NCBI GenBank assembly: GCA_964570065.1
Contig: CAZMVZ010000001.1
Location: 41,652 to 105,651 of the forward strand
Length of the DNA stretch: 64,000 nucleotides
Source of the DNA: an uncultured Candidatus Poseidoniales archaeon
GTDB lineage: Archaea > Thermoplasmatota > Poseidoniia > Poseidoniales > Thalassarchaeaceae
Direction of reading: 5' to 3'
Part shown: in pieces, positions 59,101-64,000 of the stretch
Layout of the letters: every line of letters starts with the position of its first letter
Numbering within the stretch: the first letter of the stretch is position 1
Position numbers and translations under genes: made by a program
The notes under the pieces: generated by a model
Seen by the model: only the letters and a program-made list of their open reading frames with translations
Databases searched by the model: none
What the model was told of the DNA's origin: nothing

Positions 59101-61883
59101 GGGAAGCTCGCTATTCATGCAACTGGCCATCTTCGGATTCAGGAATCAATCCTATGAATGGCTCTGATGCATTGAATAATCCTGATGGGGATGGATTTGA
59201 TGTCAACAAGAACGGGATTATTGAATCCGAAGAAGCATTTGTTAATTGGATGGAATATCATATTAAATCCGACATCTTGCTTTCTGATTCAATATATTCA
59301 GGAACCATGTATCCAGATAATCATACATCATCATTGCCACATCATTCATGGCAAGGTCTGGCTGACGAATCATTCGGAGAAAGAACGGGGGAGTACTACC
59401 TATCTCTGTGGACAGGATTGCCAAACGAAGACATCGGCTCCTCAGATCCGTTAAATTCCGACTCTGATAACGACGGCATGCCTGATGGGTGGGAGGTCTT
59501 CCATGCAAGATGGAGTCTTTTCGATAGTGATTGGACACTCAATCCAGTCAATGGGGGGGATGGTCTTGGAGATCCCGACTTGGATGGGATGTCAAATTGG
59601 GAAGAGTACAATGCAATCGATAGTGATATTAGCGAATCAGACCCTACCATCTCATCGCCCCAGTTCTACCTAACCGATGCTGCCGGGGCTCTCCTCGAGA
59701 CTCCATGGATTGGTGCCGACTCGGCTCTTTCGTTTGGCCATTTTTTGACTGAAGAGCAATCCAATCTGACAGGAACTTCTGCTGACCCTAACAATCCAGA
59801 TACTGACGGAGATGGTTTGCTGGATGGGATTGAAGTGATTTTCACCACTTGGAATTCAAGCGCTGGCGTTTGGACCCTTAATCCACTAATACCCAATCAG
59901 GGTGGTTTCGACTCGGATGGCGATGGTATTGGTGATCTGGTCGAACTAAACCTTACTGCAAACCTCCCTATAAACGGGGAATCTTATCCTATGGGGGCAC
60001 CAACATTTGGCGTAGAATCGAGAGAAATAGATGAGATGGCTTTCGAAAACAGGATATTTAGGATCCTATTCAGTAAAGAAGGAAGGGCCGAGCTAGGAAT
60101 GGAGCAATACTTGGAGTGGAAATCTGGTTTGCCAGCAAAGCCGATGCTCCAGGCAATCTTTGGAATCACGGATCCAAAGGATCAGGATACTGATAGGGAT
60201 GGGATGAGCGATGGATACGAGTACTGGTTCTCGGAGTGGGATCTAGAGGAAAACCAGTGGACGATGAACCCTCTGACTGATTCAGACGTAGATTTCGACT
60301 CCGACGACGACTCATTCGATTGCAACGGAGACGGAGAAATCTCCGACTCTGAATCTTTCGACAATTTGGCAGAGTACGACTCTAGGTGGTATGGGAAGAG
60401 GTTGGAGGTAGGAAACGTCCCAAACGGGACTTCTGCTGTCTCATATGGTGCCGATGCAGCCAATGCCTTCATTGAAGAGGATGGCCTTTCCAATAAATCC
60501 GCATGGGGCCAACTTTACTCTCTGTTCTCATCCAAGAGCCTCAGTTCTTCTGAAAAGATCGGCCTGATCAACCAGGTCGACCCAGACAACTTCAACAAAT
60601 CCCTAATTGGAATCAGTGACCCCACTCACGATGACTCGGATGGAGACGGAATGCCAGATGGTTGGGAATACTGCTACTCAATTTACGACGAGGTCTTACC
60701 AGTCAACTCATTCCGTTGGTCATTAAACCCTCTCAACCCACTTGATGTTAATTATGATCCAGATGCAGATGGTTGGTTGGACAGGGAGATATTAGATACA
60801 CCTGCAGTCCAAGGAAATTGGGATTCCAGAACATTCACACCACTCTCGGAAGACCAGCAATTCGAAAATGGCGCTAGCTCACTTTATTTCACAAATATAA
60901 TGGAATATGATAACGGAACCGGACCATTGGATCCAGATTCAGACTCCGATTCAATTATTATGACCCCAGTCATAGTAGATGGTGTGGTAATTGACTATCG
61001 CCAAGACATGAGTCTATCAGACGGAAGAGAGATGTTCAAGTATGGGACAAATCCACTTGACAATGATTCTGATGGAGACATGATGCCTGACTTCTATGAG
61101 TATTATAGAGGTTGGAATGAGACCAACGATAACTGGTCTTCTTTCATGAAAATCAAAGTTCAGTGGACCGAGGTGACACCCCAGAACTGGAAGCCAATAA
61201 AATTTTCAGACGGTGAGATTACAAGGCCGGATTTGGACTGGATATGGTTTACTCATGATCCAACAGATCCATCGGATGCGACACAAGACGCAGATAATGA
61301 TGGCGAGTGGGACTGTACGGGGAGCAGTTGCGATTACGTCCCATACAACAATTTCCAAGAGTATTACGCAGTTGTCAATGCGACGCTATCTTCACCTTCG
61401 ATTGTCAGGGCTTCAACTTTGTTCGACTGCTCCGGAGAAGAGGTGGAAGAATGGTGGCAACTTCGTGAGACTCTCCTTGGCACCTGTTCAGGTTCAAGCT
61501 CACTATCTTCCAACTATCTGCGAATTAACAAAATCAATGACGACGACTCACTCTATGCTTTGATAGTTCAAGATAATGACTTGACATACTTAGATGTAAA
61601 CTCTAGTGATGATATTATTCATGTCAATGGAGAATGGACGGATGAATTCAACAGGCTCGCAGGAGATAGAAATCACTTGCCAAATCCTGGGCTAGGGGAA
61701 TATGCATTTGGTTGGTGGATTCTAGATATTGATGGAGATTTGGTTGCTGAAGGTACCGACCCAACAAATTGGGATACCGATGGCGATTGGTTGAATGACT
61801 TCTTCGAGATCGACGATGATCTACTTGACGGAATTAGGGGCAATAGCGGTTCACCGATTCGCTACGATGATAGGACTTCATGA
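56172..61883 (+). CDS. Giant (~1900 aa) secreted Asp-rich protein with TSP3-like Ca-binding repeats and a probable beta-propeller insert
   Basis: MRRKQ plus hydrophobic signal; many DSDxDGxPDGWE..LDP / DGxxNxxEY repeats; LLVGSKYGI, LIGTDFGL, VWLGMGGGL blade-like strands near 57300-58350; no C-terminal TM. Confidence 0.8.
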   Translation: MRRKQTALLVTMLIFSSLAFVSQTRPQSPVSSTDPNMAEGAESPVTDQDGDLMPDLFEVIFGESVEIETATFQGTIPGLNPSDSTDNSTDYDRDGLTALQEYCWPYTLDNCFEERNTLTGKSPEESESGLREYLDPRSSDTDGDGLPDGYEVHMCTLGGLYKKDPNDPLNPNNFWECRYFDPLDPSDINIDFDRCEADFSWGCGDGFDFNSDGNIDLGEMFTNVEEYSLGIPDDWITERDGLWCWGSIQGLSEDSCQTQFERPTGESGWMGSDPRFSDSDYFYWDEIAPAPLDVLGDGIPDGWEAQYGLDPLNSSDAIIDSDLDGWDKDKDGFITEDVTIGTSQWGESFSNFEEYSVDFDENSGVIPGVRGIEISSDSNNLINFDHSTAIRLVDSAVHSIISDQSRERLLVGSKYGITALDPFRGISTSFEFPPGIELHTMERNSVGNIDFLMLGSNLGLHTVILENGLPVMDSLTTHELGEATVLFRLASDSFDPGILIMGKDGVWRTTFSEDEQSLSTSEMIFVESLSSMLRKSNATATSAGHAKIFGRTPILLIGTDFGLIAWNSTDGSDNNGMPWWVFTRNNADEFVSPDILDTTKTATVNSIMVEISEQGSDDVWLGMGGGLHLITMDLFISQPKEAIGNERMLNLEGLLTGANDIRSILPLEGMIVLGSSDGTWCLEGSSDGILDIRQNQTDIPGLVTSLTTLEREGQIWVFAGVSPGRFMNIAPMNPHSHDSDLDGIPDGWEFAYGLDPTDPFDASRDHDADGVSIGGGSGPGFDRLWTNLEEYRFVTPSNFGQNGTDPRIADSDGDGLTDGEEYWGWFVDSTSFECYYLNQNYLCDSGVGTSAEEVHLGGWTGTGSSGGSDLPTDPTNPDSDGDGMPDGWEIKHRRWIGDIYTGGNEWTLDPNNPNDAYGDADGDGLTNLCEYEWERLLDRSISTGIISHGESPDSVQNWTPTDPNSVDSDSDSLPDGWEARYSCNWPSSDSGINPMNGSDALNNPDGDGFDVNKNGIIESEEAFVNWMEYHIKSDILLSDSIYSGTMYPDNHTSSLPHHSWQGLADESFGERTGEYYLSLWTGLPNEDIGSSDPLNSDSDNDGMPDGWEVFHARWSLFDSDWTLNPVNGGDGLGDPDLDGMSNWEEYNAIDSDISESDPTISSPQFYLTDAAGALLETPWIGADSALSFGHFLTEEQSNLTGTSADPNNPDTDGDGLLDGIEVIFTTWNSSAGVWTLNPLIPNQGGFDSDGDGIGDLVELNLTANLPINGESYPMGAPTFGVESREIDEMAFENRIFRILFSKEGRAELGMEQYLEWKSGLPAKPMLQAIFGITDPKDQDTDRDGMSDGYEYWFSEWDLEENQWTMNPLTDSDVDFDSDDDSFDCNGDGEISDSESFDNLAEYDSRWYGKRLEVGNVPNGTSAVSYGADAANAFIEEDGLSNKSAWGQLYSLFSSKSLSSSEKIGLINQVDPDNFNKSLIGISDPTHDDSDGDGMPDGWEYCYSIYDEVLPVNSFRWSLNPLNPLDVNYDPDADGWLDREILDTPAVQGNWDSRTFTPLSEDQQFENGASSLYFTNIMEYDNGTGPLDPDSDSDSIIMTPVIVDGVVIDYRQDMSLSDGREMFKYGTNPLDNDSDGDMMPDFYEYYRGWNETNDNWSSFMKIKVQWTEVTPQNWKPIKFSDGEITRPDLDWIWFTHDPTDPSDATQDADNDGEWDCTGSSCDYVPYNNFQEYYAVVNATLSSPSIVRASTLFDCSGEEVEEWWQLRETLLGTCSGSSSLSSNYLRINKINDDDSLYALIVQDNDLTYLDVNSSDDIIHVNGEWTDEFNRLAGDRNHLPNPGLGEYAFGWWILDIDGDLVAEGTDPTNWDTDGDWLNDFFEIDDDLLDGIRGNSGSPIRYDDRTS

Positions 61884-62401
61884 CCTCAACAATTCATTTG
61901 CTTCCTTCTCCTCAGATATTCATGACCGAGGGCACGCGAAACGTTCCCGGGCCCGAAGAACCCGTGAACGAAAAGCTCCTTTTCCTCAGAGAGAACATGG
62001 TTCACTTGACAAATCAACTCAGCATGCCAATAATAGAAGTCGCCCTTGTCATCTCGAAGTACATCCGCATCGTAATGGATTCTCTCCACAAAGCCGCCAC
62101 CGAGGAAGGAGAGGAATTGCCTGACATACTCCTCAATCCACTTCCTAGTAATTCTCCACAGTCTGAAACGACCTCTGGAATTGCTTCATTCCCACTTGAG
62201 AAGTTAATTGACAGAGTCGATCAGGATAGGATGGACATACTGGATACTCTCGTTAGGACAATACTCAATGAGAGCCAATTGGAGTTTGTTTCAGCACTTC
62301 GAGAGTTTAGAGATTGGGAACTCGAAATCCGAAATCAACTATCAGACGTTTCAAGTCCCGGGGGACTGTTTAGCCCACTCTCACTAGATGATGACTTCTA
62401 G
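61880..62401 (+). CDS. Hypothetical helical protein
   Basis: 173-aa ORF with ATGA overlap to the upstream giant gene (alternative start 61922); no family recognised. Confidence 0.6.
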   Translation: MTSTIHLLPSPQIFMTEGTRNVPGPEEPVNEKLLFLRENMVHLTNQLSMPIIEVALVISKYIRIVMDSLHKAATEEGEELPDILLNPLPSNSPQSETTSGIASFPLEKLIDRVDQDRMDILDTLVRTILNESQLEFVSALREFRDWELEIRNQLSDVSSPGGLFSPLSLDDDF

Positions 62402-62730
62402 CCATTCATTGATTCCGAAGATGCTACTATCCCACTGGAAACCCACCAAGCATCTGCTATTGACCAAACGAAAAGAAAAGGCCACAGAAATGCTGGAATT
62501 AGTGGGAACTGAATTAGAAACCACTCACCTGCCTTCCTATGTTGGCGATTGAAATGTTGCCCTAGGAAGAGGAAGGGAACAAGTGAAAGTGACACGGCAA
62601 AGAGTGGACGTATTGCACCCCATGGCCCAACGCCCCCACTCAACTCGTCCCAAATAGTAGAAACCACGCCCAGGGGCCTGGAACCATCGTCTTCTGCAGA
62701 CTCGACTTTGACTACGAACTCCCCTTCCAC
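62398..62730 (-). CDS. Small hypothetical membrane protein
   Basis: Two hydrophobic segments; FLGQHFNRQ..KA..W..WSIADAW. Confidence 0.6.
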   Translation of the reverse strand: MEGEFVVKVESAEDDGSRPLGVVSTIWDELSGGVGPWGAIRPLFAVSLSLVPFLFLGQHFNRQHRKAGEWFLIQFPLIPAFLWPFLFVWSIADAWWVSSGIVASSESMNG

Positions 62731-62815
62731 ATTGCTTGCGATGATTGTAAGCGGATGAATTTGCCGACCAAAATATCATAGAAAACGAGAACAATAGATA
62801 GCGACTGCGAAAACC

Positions 62816-63403
62816 ATGCATGAGGGCATCTTAGTCACTGGATTTGAGCCATTTTCAAATTATAAGAGAAATATATCTCAACAGGTCGTACAATTAATTT
62901 CTAGATCACCAATCTTCGATTTCAATATCAGTACTTCGATCCTAGCAGTAGACGAAACCGGCTCAAGGGAGATTTCCGACAAGATAGAATGTGGAGAAAA
63001 AATTGGAGCAGTACTACATCTCGGTTTCTCTGAAAATGCAAATGAAATACTTCTCGAGAGATACGCTAGAAATCATTTTCAGATGAAAATTGCAGATAAC
63101 TCTGGAAGGAGACTCTCTTCTGGAAAGGTGTCCCCAGGAAAATCAATTCTTGAAACAAAGGTCCCAAGAAACTTCATCGAAAATTATCTAGAGGGCATTT
63201 CAAAAATCAGATGGAACGAAGACGCGGGGGGTTTTGTATGCAATGAGACATATTTTCGTTCACTATTAGCATCCTCAGGAAGACGACTACCGATTGTACT
63301 TTTCATTCACCTACCAAGTGAGAAAATACTCCCTCTTGAAGAACAATATTCCATCATTATTTCGATATGTGAATCTCTGAATAGGATACTTGACTCGAAC
63401 TAA
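62816..63403 (+). CDS. pcp: Pyroglutamyl-peptidase I (C15)
   Basis: ILVTGFEPF, LHLG, LERYARN (Glu), DAGGFVCN (Cys), FIHLP (His). Confidence 0.9.
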   Translation: MHEGILVTGFEPFSNYKRNISQQVVQLISRSPIFDFNISTSILAVDETGSREISDKIECGEKIGAVLHLGFSENANEILLERYARNHFQMKIADNSGRRLSSGKVSPGKSILETKVPRNFIENYLEGISKIRWNEDAGGFVCNETYFRSLLASSGRRLPIVLFIHLPSEKILPLEEQYSIIISICESLNRILDSN

Positions 63404-63405
63404 CT

Positions 63406-63906
63406 TTATCTTCCCCCTCTTCTAGATCCGAACCATTCCGAGGCCTCTCCAGTTTCCGTCATTGATAACTCGTCACCAACTTCCCTTGGCACAATGTCCC
63501 TCCCGTTATGCCAGGTAGCCTGCTCTAGCCATAGAACAATGTCTCGTCCAGTCAAAGAAATATCCATGGTACCTCCAAGGGGGCCCTCTTCCAAAACAAA
63601 GGAGGCCTTACCTATGGATGCAGACTGCCTCGAGAGGCTGAACATAGTCCCTTCTTCATCAGCCTGCATTGCCATAGCATCAAGAGCTGTGTCAAGTACT
63701 CGGTTTTCCCTCAATATAGATATCAGATTGTCGAGTGAGTCTGCTTTTCCACTTATTACCTCAGAGTCTCTAATTATCGGGAAATCCGAATTTTCTGGGG
63801 TATTCTTCGGACTCCAATCTGGAAAGATTGAGCGAACGGAATCAATAACTTTGCCGGGGTCATCATGACTTCTGACAATTGTTGAAACTAAGATCTCTGG
63901 CTCCAC
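63406..63906 (-). CDS. UPF0201/DUF54 putative RNA-binding protein
   Basis: HDDPGKVIDSVRSIFP, LRENRVLDTA, FSLSRQSASIGKASF, GPLG match the pattern of archaeal UPF0201. Confidence 0.75.
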   Translation of the reverse strand: MEPEILVSTIVRSHDDPGKVIDSVRSIFPDWSPKNTPENSDFPIIRDSEVISGKADSLDNLISILRENRVLDTALDAMAMQADEEGTMFSLSRQSASIGKASFVLEEGPLGGTMDISLTGRDIVLWLEQATWHNGRDIVPREVGDELSMTETGEASEWFGSRRGGR

Positions 63907-64000
63907 ATGACCTCGAACAAATGGAAACTAATAGTGCTAACCGGTCAGAAATCGGTTTGCGCGAATATTCAAACCACTACCAATCGCCGATTAGATGTGG

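Overview
Archaeal chromosome segment, most consistent with Marine Group II Thermoplasmatota (Ca. Poseidoniales). The assignment is inferred from the mix of archaeal markers (aRF1, CarS, AglB/STT3, XPD, UPF0201) with bacterial-type metabolic genes and giant acidic surface proteins. The left third is housekeeping and metabolism: aRF1, argS, a peroxiredoxin, an M28 peptidase, ubiX, a class-V PLP enzyme, a complete lipA-E1a-E1b-E2-E3-lipB branched-chain 2-oxoacid dehydrogenase cluster, a FolM/FolB-like pair and tRNA-Leu(TAA). About half of the window encodes very large secreted or membrane-anchored, Asp-rich, sequon-rich proteins (about 984, 2986, 3310, 1421 and 1903 aa). The most notable are (i) a 2986-aa Ca-binding-repeat protein with an embedded transglutaminase-like domain whose catalytic His appears lost, (ii) a 3310-aa oligosaccharyltransferase carrying an extra N-terminal membrane domain and a ~1800-aa extracellular tail, and (iii) a near-identical 20-bp element upstream of the two Ca-repeat giants. 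Together these suggest a co-regulated cell-surface assembly system. Also present are an HTH-STAND-TPR protein and a tandem ribbon-helix-helix regulator with a probable operator and a structured downstream small ORF. No mobile element, integrase or CRISPR array was seen. All family assignments are from motif recognition by eye, not database searches.
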